Under the pieces are notes generated by a model that saw only the letters and a list, made by a program, of their open reading frames with translations, ran no database searches and was not told the origin of the DNA. This document shows positions 29,254-42,363 of a DNA stretch of 64,000 nucleotides, piece by piece (within the stretch, counting starts at the first letter, position 1; every line of letters begins with the position of its first letter). This DNA comes from Octopus vulgaris (Eukaryota), in assembly GCA_951406725.2 (NCBI GenBank), contig OX597815.1, positions 186,186,001 through 186,250,000 on the forward strand, given 5' to 3'. The translations under genes were made by a program, and so were the position numbers.

Positions 29254-29774
29254 ATTCCCACACATATTTATATTTGAATTATTTTTTTCAACAGAGTGTA
29301 AGTTGCGAAAACATATATTTAAACTCAATCAAGTGTGAGAATTTTATCGCAGAGTAAAGGTGTATGCTTATTAAAACAAAAACAAAAAACAATTTCAGAA
29401 TGGTAGAATTGGCACATACGATACCAAATTATTGATTTGGAGACATATATATATATATATTTTGTCGTCATTGTCATTTAATAATGTAACAAGACATATT
29501 TTCAATATTCGTTGTGTAATAATTCAAGAAACAATTATTTTCGTGTTTTCAACCGCTCCATACAAGCTCCTGCTTCGCTGTTCTAGTCGTGTGACTAGCA
29601 TCATCTTCGATGTGTATAAAATTGTATTTCTTTTCTGGACTTATTTTCCTTCGTTGTGGAATTTCATTTTATTTTGTGGTGTTACACTCGTGGTTCATCA
29701 GTGTATTGTGTGGAATATACAAAACGTGAATCATGTTATTTGTTGGCGAATGACTCTGTTTATATGGGTGTTCT

Positions 29775-30184
29775 AAAAGCGGCGAGCTGGCAGAAACGTT
29801 AGCACGCCGGGCAATATGCTTAGCGGTATTTCGTTACGTTCTGAGTTCAAATTCCGCCGAGGTCAACTTTGCCTTTCGTCCTTTCGGAGTCGATTAAATA
29901 AGTACAAGTTACGCACTGGGGTCGATATAATCGACTTAATCCGTTTTGTCTGTCCTTGTTTGTCCTTTCTGTGTAGCCCCTTGTGGGCAGTAAAGAAATA
30001 GGTATTTCGTCTGCCGATACGTTCTGAGTTCAAATTCCCCCGAGGTCGACTTTGCCTTTCATCCTTTCGGTGTCGATAAATTAAGTACCTGTTACGCACT
30101 GGAGTCGATGTAATTGACTTAATCTTTTTGTCTGTCTTTGTTTATCCTCTCTATGTTTAGCCCCTTGTGGGCAATAAAGAAATA
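29775..30184 (+). mobile_element. Group A SINE dimer
   Basis: Head+body+body with the junction at 30000/30001. 14-bp TSD tatatgggtgttct at 29761-29774 and 30185-30198. Confidence 0.88.
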
Positions 30185-30843
30185 TATATGGGTGTTCTGT
30201 AAAGTTTCATGTGCTACTATGTTACGTAGCGATTGCATAGATTATATGATGATGGCGTTATATTAACATTCAACGGACCAGGTGTATATGTACAGCTTTC
30301 AATACGTAATTGTATCAAAAAGTATATTGCGTAATTATTAGCCCATTATATCCCGGTGCAAATTTTAATTCCTTATTCCGAACACAAACTACACGTACGC
30401 TGTTTCTTATGAACAGTGTACGAATTCAAGGTATTCCCTTTATAATACCTAGTGATGACAGGTTTCTCCCGCATGTTAATGTTGATATTACTGCTGTTTC
30501 GTTCAAGCCTTATCGGCAGCAATTAGATAGGATCTTTAAGAGTTCAAAGAATACCGTATGTATTTGTTTCGATTTCAAAGATTTGAGTTCAAATCCTACT
30601 AGAAAAAAAACAAACTTTGCCGTTTATTTTTTCGGGGTCAAATATGTATTAGTCAAGGGTCATGCTCAAGTGAAATTCTTAGCTCGTGAGATGGTATGCG
30701 TTTCGGTCTCTTTCGGTTCTGTGCATTTTGTGCCAAATATCATCCTACGTCCGTCACAAAGTACTTTGCGATCGACAAAGGGTACCAGCAATTTGGAAAA
30801 TAAATGGTTACATGTTAATCTTACATGTAAGGCGTCTAATGAG

Positions 30844-31152
30844 AAGGCGCGTGGCTTAGTGGTTAGGGCATTCGGTTCACGATTGTAAGGTCATGAGTTC
30901 GATTTCTGGCGACGCGTTGTGCCCTTGAGCAAGACACTTTATTTCACGTTGCTCCAGTCCACTCAGCTGGCAAAAATGAGTTGTACCTGTATTTCAAAGG
31001 GCTGGCCTCGTCACACTTTATGTCATGCTGAATCTCCCTGAGAACTACGTTAGGGGTACGCATGTCTGTGGAGTGCTCAGTCACTTGCACGTTAAATTCA
31101 TGAGCAGGCTGTTCCGTTGATCGTATCAGCTCGTCGTAACCGACGGAGTGCG
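30844..31152 (+). mobile_element. SINE with a different tRNA/CORE-like head and the group B tail type 1
   Basis: ggcgcgtggcttagtggttaggg head, tgtgcccttgagcaagacac core, then ttgtacctgtatttcaaaggg... tail. Flanking repeat ggcgtctaat. Confidence 0.75.
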
Positions 31153-31643
31153 TCTTAGGGCGTCTAATACAACCTACATACTCCTTAGATATCGTCTTTC
31201 CTATACAGTAGGTTTAACGGATCGAGTGACATGTAGTAGAACTTTTGCTGATGGTGTTTATATCTCTTCAGTACAGTTCATGTCTTGCAATCTTAGAATT
31301 TCATGTTAATTGTTCGAAATTGACGCATTTACCTGATAGATTTGTTGCTATGAGGATAAAAGAAACCCTCCGTGTTTTGCATGGTAACATGCAGGTAACA
31401 TTGAAACCACCCACCCCCGCGCCTTAAGCAGCCGTTGACTCATTCAAAGTGGAATCGTTGTATGCTTGATAGGTTTCCCTCATAGAATACTCTTAACAGT
31501 GCTGTCAACATAACCTTGGTTTGTTCCAATAACATTTTCAACCTGAATGTGCAATATATTCATCTTACAGTCGGTGGTTTTCCTATTTAAATTACTTTTT
31601 GTTCGACTGTTAAATTATTTCTTTTGAGCTTCCATCTGGACAT

Positions 31644-31780
31644 CCTTCTTCTTCTTCTTCTACTTCTCCTCCTCCTTCTTCTTCTCCTCTTCTTCCTTCC
31701 TCTTCTTCCCCTTCTCCCTCTCCTTCTTCCTCTTCTTCGCCTTCTTCTTTTTCTTCTTCTCTCCCCCCTCTCTCTATCTC
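31644..31780. repeat. Pyrimidine-rich (CTT/CCT)n tract
   Basis: Directly visible. Confidence 0.9.
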
Positions 31781-32679
31781 ATACGCACATTTACTTTCAA
31801 ATATTATCAAATATTTCTAGAATCTAAAACAATTGTGTTATCTTTTCTTCGTGAAATTTCGCCTTTACCTGTTTCACTCGTGCATCTGCTCTGCTGGATT
31901 TCCGTCTTTGTACATCTTGCAATCCTATAGAAAATATGATATTTTTACTAAATTTCTTTTGAATGCTGATCAGACATTCAATTTAAAAACCATTTACGAT
32001 ACATAATAGTAGGCTATGCATAAAGAGATGCTTGAGGGTGAGATTGGCCATCTCTTTATGCGATTTAAATTGGCTGGTTTATAGCCAACTCCAACTCAAT
32101 AAATATAGAATAACGTAAAAGCCAGATGTAATATCTTCGAATAAACTGAAAAATATCATGTGAGGCTAAAGCTTTGCTGCGACGGCTTTGTTGGCGTTTC
32201 ATTATCAAACGAGTCTAAAACGTTGTCATTGTACTTTGCAAAAATTCAATAAGGATTTAACAGTTCTGTGCATTTTCACAGTTTTAATACGATAAGGGGA
32301 TACAACTCTATGCGTTGTATATGTTGGGCTTCGAATATTTTCGCACAATTTTTTTTTAATAAGGAGCTGATTAATAATTCCGTAGGAGTTTACAAAAGGG
32401 TTGGTTAATTATTCCATAGGACGAAAAAAAGCTTTGTAAATGTTACGGTTGAATAAAGCTTCGGAGATAGGTTTATAGGTTGCTATCACGTTGGAGATAA
32501 GGCAACAATTACAAGGATCAATATACACGTTCATCTACCTTTCTGTCTTCATTGTCCTTCCGGTAAAAAACCACATTACTCTGATATGCAATATGACACG
32601 GTATAACGAACGACTGTTTTTAATGCTATCAATCCCAGATACTTCCAGCTGCCAAAAACAGCATATATGTGTATATATA

Positions 32680-33076
32680 TCTTTATATATAAAAGAGAAG
32701 TTGTGTGTCTGTCTCCTACGATTTAGATTCCTAACTACTCCCACATTTTGCGGTGCAGTTTCACCAAAACCGGGTATCTTATAGTCGTGATTCATATCGA
32801 GCCCTTCTGGGTATTAGCGCGCGTCTACGATGAGTCTATGATTTAAAAAAAAATTACCATCATTCTTTTCCATTTTAATGCATGTTTTCGCTATTATATA
32901 AGGGAAGTAACTCTCTAAAATGTCTACGATGAGTCAACGATTTTTAAAAAAATTTACCATCATTTTTTTTACCATTTTTAATGCATTTTTTTGCTATTTT
33001 TTGGCTATAACTCTCTAAAAATGCTTATATAGTTATTTCCCTTACAAACCCGAGCAACGCCGGGCGATACTGCTAG
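32680..33076 (+). mobile_element. Non-autonomous Helitron, second copy, with an internal duplication
   Basis: Same TC...hairpin-CTAG ends as 27170. The block gtctacgatgagtc...taactctctaaaa occurs twice. Confidence 0.8.
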
Positions 33077-33214
33077 TATATATATAAATTAAATAAGGGT
33101 AGAAATTGATATTAATCAATTAAAACCAGTGGCCTAGCATACTTTTTAAAAAATCGATTAAAACTTTTTTTACATACAAAATTTATAGGACTGACTGCTA
33201 AAAGTGGACAGTCT

Positions 33215-33320
33215 ATATGCTAGATATAGACGTCAAAATCGCTAGTTTCCACGAAGAATGTGTTCTCAAGAACACATTCTTCGTGGAAAATAGCGATTTT
33301 GACGTCTATATCTAGCATAT
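33215..33320. repeat. Near-perfect 106-bp palindrome
   Basis: 52-bp arms at 33215-33266 and 33269-33320, one mismatch, 2-nt loop. Confidence 0.93.
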
Positions 33321-33492
33321 TTCAAAAGGCCAGCCTTGTCACACTCTGGGTCACGCTAAATCTCTCCGAAAGCTACGTTAAGGGTACACGTGTCTGTGAA
33401 GTGCTCAGCCACTGGTACGTTAATTTCACAAGCAGGCTGTTCCGTTGATCGGATCAACTGGGACCCTAGTCGTTGTAACCGACGGAGTTCCA
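33321..33492 (+). mobile_element. 3' fragment of SINE tail type 1
   Basis: ttcaaaaggccagccttgtcacac...gtaaccgacggag. Confidence 0.75.
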
Positions 33493-35564
33493 TGATTGTT
33501 ACCGTAAAATATAGTGTTTGAAGAATATGTCTCAAATACCAGTTTCCCTAAAACTATTACTTTTAATTGCATTCTGTAAAAGGGATTTTTTTGTTCTTAA
33601 GCCTCAATTATTTGACTCACGTTTGTTACTTAGTTACGACATGATAATTTACCAAACTAGAAGCACTTTTATCAATTTCCTTAAAAACATGTCTGCACTT
33701 AATTGAGGTACTTTACATTTTTCGTCATGTAAAGTATGTTTTACGTTTTAAGCATTCCTCCCGTCTATAGAATATTCTTTGTTCTAAATAGCATTTTTCT
33801 GCAACGTAAAGTGCTTTCTTTGTGTTTAATTAGCGTTCTTAAATGACTATTATATATTCCGTTTTTCGTCTATTGTTATTGTCTATTGTTTTAAATATCG
33901 AACGAAGGTTGACAATAAGAATGGAGGTTTAAAAGATCCTCAGTGCTTCATAGAGATTCTTCATCTTCTCTAGCTATGTTCTAGCTAAACTGTTAATCGT
34001 ATTTGTAATTATTTAAGGTAAAATTCCACTTCATTCCAAGAGGATTGTCTTGAATCGTATTGTAAGCACAAGCTACATTTCCTGCAAAATGTGTATGATG
34101 GCTTTCGTCAATGTATTTGAAACTACTAATATGTAAATTATTAATTTAATTTAGTAATTTAATCTATAAAACATCAATATTATATGCGCATCGCTAACAA
34201 TGATGTTACTATCATTTTTAAAGATTTTTGAGAAGCAGAACCTTGTGGTATTAAATTGCGTCGACATTAACTTTGCTTTTCATTGAGCCAACTATATACC
34301 GATGTGATCGATTGGTTCCTTTGGGTGGTCGTGTACCTGGTGCCGGAGATAGGAATCAATATTGTTCATTATTTACATTCGACGGATATTTGTCCTCATC
34401 TTGTTTGTTGTTAACAAAACGTATTGGCTGATATACACTTGGGGAAATTTCGAACCTGGGTTCTCATTCCTAAGGTATTTTTCGATGTTGTTATTATTAT
34501 TATTATTATTATTGTTCAGGTCACTGCTTGGAATCGAACTCAGAATCTTAAGGTTAGTAGCCTGCGCCCTTAACCGCTACGCTAAATGGAATGAATTTTA
34601 AGGCTTATAAATCTAATATTTTCCTATCCTTCCTTAATACCGATTCCCATATGCTGCTCATATCTGCACTCGGTCTGTATATTTTCCAGAGGTGTTCTCT
34701 GTCTATTATTTTAACTTCAACTCACAGGGGGAGGTGGTCTCCATTTTTCCATACATGATCAGCGATACCCGATTTATAAATATCTCCTGATGTCACAGCT
34801 TTGCGATGTTAGTCTACTGTTAATTAATGTAAATAATGTACATAATTCCTCGTCTCTTAAATATAGAAATGTACCAATATTGTTATCACTTATAATATTG
34901 TTACAAATAAAGCCAGAAATATCACTGCCAAAAATTTTTCTCATTCACAATATTACAAAATATAGTGTAACACTCGCCGTCTGGAATCCCACTTTCTAAT
35001 TTTGTCCATAACGCGTTAATATTTTGTTCGGGACTACGGCAATGAGCTAAGAGAAGTTCTGAGTTCAAATACCACTGGGGTCGATTTAGCCTTCATCACA
35101 GCTCAAAGTTTCTATTGCCAAAATTTGAAACTAATATTTTGTTTGTAACCATTATTCTTTATCAGATATTTTTGGTCTCTACAAATGGAATCATGGTATA
35201 ACTGTTTACTGTGCTATGGCATTGATTGCATCAATTGTATTCGGTCCTAATACGATCGATAATATTGCACATTATCTCGCGTCGTTTGTTTTGTCTATTG
35301 TGCAGTTTCCTTCTTACTGTAGAATGTTTTCACTTCAAACCTCAGTGTATTGCCATTTCCTGAGAAAAGTATCAGCTTTATGCAAATATATACATTACTG
35401 ATTTTAGCTGCACGTATTATGTGGAACAATCTATGAAATATTTGCTATATCCTGTTGACCAGGGAAGACAAATGTGGATTGTGCTTTTGGATGTCAAAAT
35501 TCATTTACGATAGCAGTAATTCTAGAAATAAGCATTAGAGTATTCAATATAATTGTACTAATAT

Positions 35565-36123
35565 TCTTTTCTACTCTTGGCATGAGGCCCGAGATTTTTG
35601 CGGAGGGTGCCAGTCGATTCGATCGACCCCAGTACGCAACTGGTACTTAATTTATGGACCCCGAAAGGATGAAAGGCGAAGTCGACCTCGGCGGAATTTG
35701 AACTCAGAACGTAAAGACAGACGAAATACCTATTTCTTTACTAACCACAAGGGACTAAACACAGAGAGGACAAACAAGGACAGACAAACAGATTAAGTCG
35801 ATTATATCAACCCCAGTGCGTAACTGGTACATAATTTATCGAACCCGAAAGGATGAAAGGCAAAGACGACCTTGGCGGTGTTTGAACTCAGAACGTAGCG
35901 ACAGAGGAAATACCTATTTCTTTACTACCCACAAGGGGCTAAACACAGAGAGGACAGTCAAACGGATTACGTCGATTATATTGACCGCAGTGCGTAACTG
36001 GTACTTAATTTATCGACCCCAAAAGGATGAAACAAAGTCGACCTCGGCGGAATCTGAACTTAGAACGTAGCGCAGACGAAATACCGCTAAGCATTTCGCC
36101 CAGCATACTATCGTTTCTGCCAG
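35565..36123 (-). mobile_element. Group A SINE tandem array, about 3 units
   Basis: Junctions at 35730/35731 and 35914/35915, a 184-bp period. Confidence 0.85.
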
Positions 36124-36724
36124 ATATGATACATATAATGTATTCTTTTCTACATCGCAAAAATCTGCCAATCAGAGGAAGCCCTGCAAAACAAAGTCGC
36201 ACCACGTGGCAACGACTTCCTTCGACGATGCCGGTCGGCATACTAATATCTGGGGGTCGTATGAAGTGGCTTCTAGCAGCGGAAGCCTGAATTACAACGG
36301 TCTTGTCCCAAAGGGAACGTTTCCGGTTACTTTGGGGTACCTCCTCGTAGAAGTGTCCGGTCAATATACCTATCTACTCTCTCGTACTAATAGATATATT
36401 CGTCTTCAAAGACTGCAGCGCCAGATTGAAGTGGTGTTTCTGTGGATCAATTTTATAGTCAATAGATTCACATATTGATTTTTTTTAATTTTTAACTTTT
36501 AGGTCGGAACGTTTAACCAATTATTACTTTTAGACTGACTTCTTCCTTGTGCTATATTTTTAGCACAATAGAATATTTACCTTCAAACTTATAAAATACC
36601 TCTGAGTTCCATTTTGATTTTGTCTTTTTATCACTTGTATAATTCTGTACTATTCTACACATCTCTGCTTGATAATTTACTGTTTCCTTAAATAGATAAA
36701 CACACAGTTTTACTTTGAACTCTT

Positions 36725-37176
36725 TTGCGGAGGGTGTCAGTAGATTCGATCGACCCCAGTACACAACTGGTACTTAATTTAATCGACCTCGAGAGGATGA
36801 AAGCGAAAGTTGAACTCGGCGGAATTTGAACTCAGAACGTAAAGACAGACGAAATACCTATTTCTTTACTGCCCACAAAGGGCTAAACACAGAGAGGACA
36901 AATAAGGACAGACAAACGAGTTAAGTCGATCATATCGACCCCAGTGCGTAACTGGTACTTATTTAATTGACCCCGAAAGGATGAAAGGCAAAGTCGACCT
37001 CGGCGGAATTTGAACTCAGAACGTAAAGACAGATGAAATACCTATTTCTTTACTGCCCACAAGGGGCTAAACACAGAGAGGACAAACAAGGGCAGACAAA
37101 CGGATTAAGTCGATTATATCAATCCCAGTGCGTAACTGGTAATTATTTAATCGACCCCGAAAGGATGAAAGGCACA
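36725..37176 (-). mobile_element. Group A SINE tandem array
   Basis: Junctions at 36858/36859 and 37042/37043. Confidence 0.85.
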
Positions 37177-38043
37177 GTTCCTTTATGCTTCCAAGTACTT
37201 TTCTAAATGCCTTGTAGTCTATACTTTACAAATGATTCTCTCTTGTAACAATGTATTTCCGTGCTGCGTACGGTTAATTCTATTCTATATTTAGTAGCTC
37301 TATGTTGGTATTCACTTTAATTCAATTAACTTACTTCTTTTAGTTAATTGGTATACTACGAAACACATGGCTACTAAATTTATGCATATTTTTCCATAAT
37401 TGAGTTATGCATTTTTCCCCATTATACTAACTCATTTCATTTTCTTTGTCAATATTTTTATGAGAGGTTCTGTTCTAATTTTTTATTTAATTATTCAAAT
37501 ACGCTTTTATGCTTTCAGTTTTAATTACTTTGTGCCTTCCGAGAGGATATTTCACACAATTCCGTATTCTGTTATCACAGCTGATGTCAAGCAGACTTTG
37601 AAATAATAAATCTTCTAGTTAGGCCTTGTCTTTTGTAAATAATTTCAAATCATTCATGCAAAATAGATGGTTTATAATCTTCTCATAGCATTTTCAATAA
37701 CTGATGTTTTCTTTCACGTAACCAGTTAATCGTGTGTTGATTCTGGTCTGGTTATTAATTGATTGAAATCTTTCGCAACAAATTTATGAAACGTTGCTTG
37801 ATGTTTTCGAATATATTTTAATGAATTGCAGCCATGATTAAGGAGATGGATTGTTGTCCAATCCTTTTACTTTCCAATCTGAGATTTGATGCTGTCGTAT
37901 ATTTTCTGAATATTTTCCCATAGTTTACCTATGCGTTGTAGTGCTATATTGTGCTATTCTGTTTAAGAGGGCATATGGCTTCGTAGCCCTTAACGAGGTT
38001 TGTTTTAAGCAACAAATCAGTAACTGTCATCATTATCCGTTAC

Positions 38044-38306
38044 GAAGAAGAAAAAGGAGAGGGAGAAGGAGGATGAGGAGAAGAAGAAGAAGAAGAAGAA
38101 GAAGAGGACGAAGAAGAAGGAGGAGGAGGTGAGGGATGAGAAGAAAAATGAGAGGAATAAGAAGGGGAGGAGGAGGAGGAGAAGAAGGAGGAAGAGAAGA
38201 CAAAGAAGAAGAATAAAAAGAAGGTAAAGGCGAAGAAGGAGAAGAAGGAGAAGGAGAAGAAGGAGGAGGAGGAGCGGGAGAAGGAAAAAAGAAAAAGGAA
38301 AGGAAG

Positions 38307-38336
<30 letters not shown>
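38044..38336. repeat. Purine-rich (GAA/GGA)n tract
   Basis: Directly visible. Confidence 0.92.
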
Positions 38337-38337
<1 letters not shown>

Positions 38338-38725
38338 TGCAGCATCGGCAACAGTAATAGCAGTGTCTCGCTACTACTAAAACAATTATTACGATCAGTA
38401 TCAATATTTTTTTAAAAATTCATTTATGTTAAAAGAAATTTTAGAAAGGGTAAAATATTTTATGAACGGATAAATTACATTACGAAACTAAACGGGATCT
38501 ATATTGAAGGACGAGGTATCGTCTTATGATCGTCAAAATTTATTTTTTTATTGTATTTAACCGATGCTAGTTTTACAAAGAATGTGGAAGTCCAGTAACT
38601 CTTTTGAAGACAAGTCAAATGGAATTGCACAATTCTTTAAATATTCGGCTATGATAATCATTAAACCGAATATGAACATTTAAATTCGCTGAAGTAGTGT
38701 TGGGTTGTAATTTAAGCTGATTAAT

Positions 38726-39092
38726 GGATGGAAGCACTCCGTCGGTTACGACGATGAGGGTTCCGGTTGATCCGAATCAACGGAACAGCCTGCTCGTGAA
38801 ATTAATGTGTAAGTGGCTGAGCACTCCACAGACACGTGTACCATTAACGTAGTTCTCGGGGATATTCAGCGTGACACAGAGAGTGACAAGGCCGGCCCTT
38901 TGAAATACAGGTACAACAGAAACAGGAAGTAAGAGTGAGAGAAAGTTTTGGTGAAAGAGTACAGCAGGGATTACCACCATCCCCTGCCGGAGCCTCGTGG
39001 AGCTTTAGGTGTTTTCGCTCAATAAACACTCACAACGCCCGTTCTGGGAATCGAAACCGCGACTCCGCTGCCCTAACCACTGGGCCATTGCG
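38726..39092 (-). mobile_element. Group B SINE, tail type 1, with a 59-bp flanking duplication
   Basis: Matches 5100-5480. Flanks 38667-38725 and 39093-39151 differ at one base. Confidence 0.88.
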
Positions 39093-39535
39093 CGAATATG
39101 AACATTTAAATTCGCTGAAGTAGTGTTGGATTGTAATTTAAGCTGATTAATATTAGCCCAATTAAAAACGGTGATCTGCCAGAATCGTTAGCACACCGGG
39201 TGGCATTTCGTCTGTATTTATGTTCTGAGTTTAAATTCCGCCTTGTATCCCTTTCGAGATCAGTTGATGTAATCGACGTATCCCGTCCCCCGTAATTATC
39301 GGCCTTGTACCAATTTCGAAGATATTGAACTACATGCAAGCATGGTAGTATGTATGTTCACAACATAGGCGCAGGAGTGACTGTGTGGTAAGTAGCTTGC
39401 TTACGAACCACATGGCTCCGGGTTCAGTCCCACAGCTTGGCACGTTGGGCAAGTGCCTTCTACTATAGCCTCGGGTCGACCAAAGCCTTCTGAGTTGATT
39501 TGGTATTTATTTATATGTATGTATATATATATATA

Positions 39536-39838
39536 TCACGTGATCACGTGACCGACCAGACAATCAGATGTTGTTACACACCGCTGGTCACAATGCGTTC
39601 GCATTGTTTTAGCCTTCGAATGACGACACCCCGCTGGCTAAGCGAGCAGGCCAACAGAAGAAAGAGTGGAAGAAAGAGTGGTGAAAGAGTACAGCAGGGA
39701 TCACCACCCTCTGCCGGAGCATCGTTGAGCTTTTAGGTGTTTTCGCTCAATAAACACTCACAACGCCCGGCCTGGGAATCGAAACCGCGATCCTACGACC
39801 GCGAGTCCGCTGCCCTAACCACTGGGCCATTGCGCCTC

Positions 39839-39840
<2 letters not shown>
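39536..39840 (-). mobile_element. Group B SINE with tail type 3
   Basis: Group B head at 39840 joined to tgttggcctgctcgcttagccagcgggg...ggtcacgtgatcacgtg. Confidence 0.75.
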
Positions 39841-39870
<30 letters not shown>

Positions 39871-39962
39871 ATATTAATTAGAGACAAAACCACTATTTTG
39901 CAAAACAAACAAGGAAAGACTTAATCAATACATAAAATTTTAATAAAAAGTCAAAAGAACCG

Positions 39963-40005
39963 CCACTTCAATTGTTTCTTGTCCTGATCGACAATCTTCA
40001 GGTGG
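39963..40005 (-). ncRNA. Minimal type I hammerhead ribozyme with mutated cleavage triplet (GAA instead of GUA)
   Basis: Minus strand: ccac CUGAAGA uuguc gaucag gacaa GAAA caauug AA gugg. The base at 39968 differs from the right-hand copy. Confidence 0.8.
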
Positions 40006-42363
40006 ACTTCCAATCTAAAATATCAATATTTTAAAATATAAAAAATAATAATTTTAAAATAATTAAAGTATCAATGAAAAAATATAAATATATAATCTAT
40101 ATATAACCTATATATAATCCATATATAATCAATATATAAACAATATATAAACTAAAATAAACCTATCAACAATTAAATATAAAACAAAATAAAAATAAAC
40201 TATATATACACCCATACACATATAACTAATTATATATAACCATATCTAAATACATACACTAAATCACACACCTATATATATATCCCTATACATACACATA
40301 AAAACGTCTAGGCAACGATAAATAAATAAAATAGCCAAATACTTCAACACAATACTTATTCATACTCCCTCACACACACATACAACCCACATTCATAAAC
40401 AATATACGTATACCCGCTCACACATACATATACAAACATACAGAACTCGATATATACACCAATATATTCACACCCACAACTATACAGATAAATAAATTAC
40501 GCAAATAATCCCACACACATACACACACACCCATTCACACATACATAAACACTCAAAAGCAAAATAAATAATTCTTTGCACTTGTTGATCGAACGTTTTT
40601 TTTTTTAATTATAAATGGAATAATATATAATCAACTTAAATATACAGAATCTACTACAAAACACCAATAAACGATCATGATAAATGAAACCCACATACAT
40701 ATTATGATAAAACTCCCCCTACCATACACAATTACACCTATATAGCAAACCCATATACACATTCACACACAAATATACATACGTAAAACACACACACACA
40801 ACATATACGTATACCCCCTCACATATACATATACATACCTACTAAACTCGACATATACAACAATATTCTCACACCCACACTCATACAGATAAATAAATTA
40901 CACAACCAAAAAACGCACACACACACACACACATTCCCACATACATAAACACTCAAAAGAAAAACAACATTACTACACATAATACGATATATAAAATACT
41001 TCATAAGTAACCAGAATATCAAAAGTAACAAGATTAACATAATGAGAAAAAATATACATACTTTCAAGTCAGTTTCAAATTATGAAGTGAAATTAAATTC
41101 TATCCGTTAAAAACCTCAAACAAAATTACGTTACCATAGGAACCTAACATATGTATAAAAAGTATTCCCGCTCTGGAAACGAACATCATTTAAAATTATG
41201 AATGGAGAAATGGAATAAATGGAATTAAAAATTATATTCACGTGGTAAACGAACATTACTTAAAAATTATGAATGAAATAATGTAATAAAATAACAAACA
41301 TAGTAAATAGACATAAATTACTACGAATTCTTTAATAAAACTACCATGATAAACTAAAACTCATAAAAACATATAATGATAAAATCTCCCTTTACTAAAC
41401 TCTATAACATACCTATATAGCAATCCCCCTAACCTAAACATTCACACACAAATACACACACGTAAACCACACACCCACGACATATACAAATACCCACCTC
41501 ACTCACACATACCTATACATACGTATAAACCTCAATATATACACCAAAACCCACTCCCACCCCACACAGATAAATGAACACATACATCTCCAAACCTATA
41601 TAGCAAACCCACATACACATTCACACACAAATATACATACGTAAAACACACACCCACAACATATACATATACTCCCTCACATATACATATACATACTCAC
41701 TAAACTCGATATATACAACAATATTTTCACACCCACACTCATACAGATAAATAAATTATACAACTAAAATACACACACACACACACACACATTCCCACAT
41801 ACATAAACACTCCAAAGAAAAACAACATTATTACACATAATACGATATATAAAATACTTCATAAGTAACCAGAATATCAAAAGTAACAAGATAACATAAG
41901 GAGAAAAAATATACATACTTTCAAGTCAGTTTCAAATTATGAAGTGAAATTAAATTCTAAGCCGTTAAAAACGTCAAACAAAATTACGTTACCATAGGAA
42001 CCTAACATATGTATAAAAAGAATTCGCGCTATGGAAACAAACGTCATTTAAAATTATGAATGGAGAAATAGAATAAATGGAATTAAAAATTATATTCACG
42101 CGGTAAACGAACATTACTTAAAAATTATGAATGGAATAATGTAATATCATAAAAAGACATAAATTACTACGAATTCTTTAATAAAACTACCATGATAATT
42201 TAAAACTCATAAAAACATAAATGATAAAACCTCCCTTTACTAAACTCTATAACATACCTATATAGCAATCCCTTTAACCTATACATTCACACACAAATAC
42301 ACACACGTAAACCACACACCCATGACAAATACAAATACCCACCTCTGTCACACATACCTATAA

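Noticed and set aside
30310-30888. 192-aa ORF
   Set aside because: It runs through degenerate SINE sequence, has a non-ATG start and shows no recognisable motifs.
34360-34990. Possible PLE terminal repeat relic
   Set aside because: It resembles a recalled repeat, but no hammerhead core or ORF is visible here to support the call.
36140-36480. GC-richer segment with 87-119 aa ORFs, a possible exon
   Set aside because: No recognisable domain or convincing splice-site pair in any frame.
35565-37176. Regularly spaced repeats suggesting a CRISPR array
   Set aside because: The units are whole 184-bp SINE bodies with no unique spacers, no cas genes and a eukaryotic context.
39770-39840. tRNA-Arg-like sequence
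   Set aside because: It continues directly into a SINE body and recurs in many diverged copies, so it is a SINE head, not a tRNA gene.
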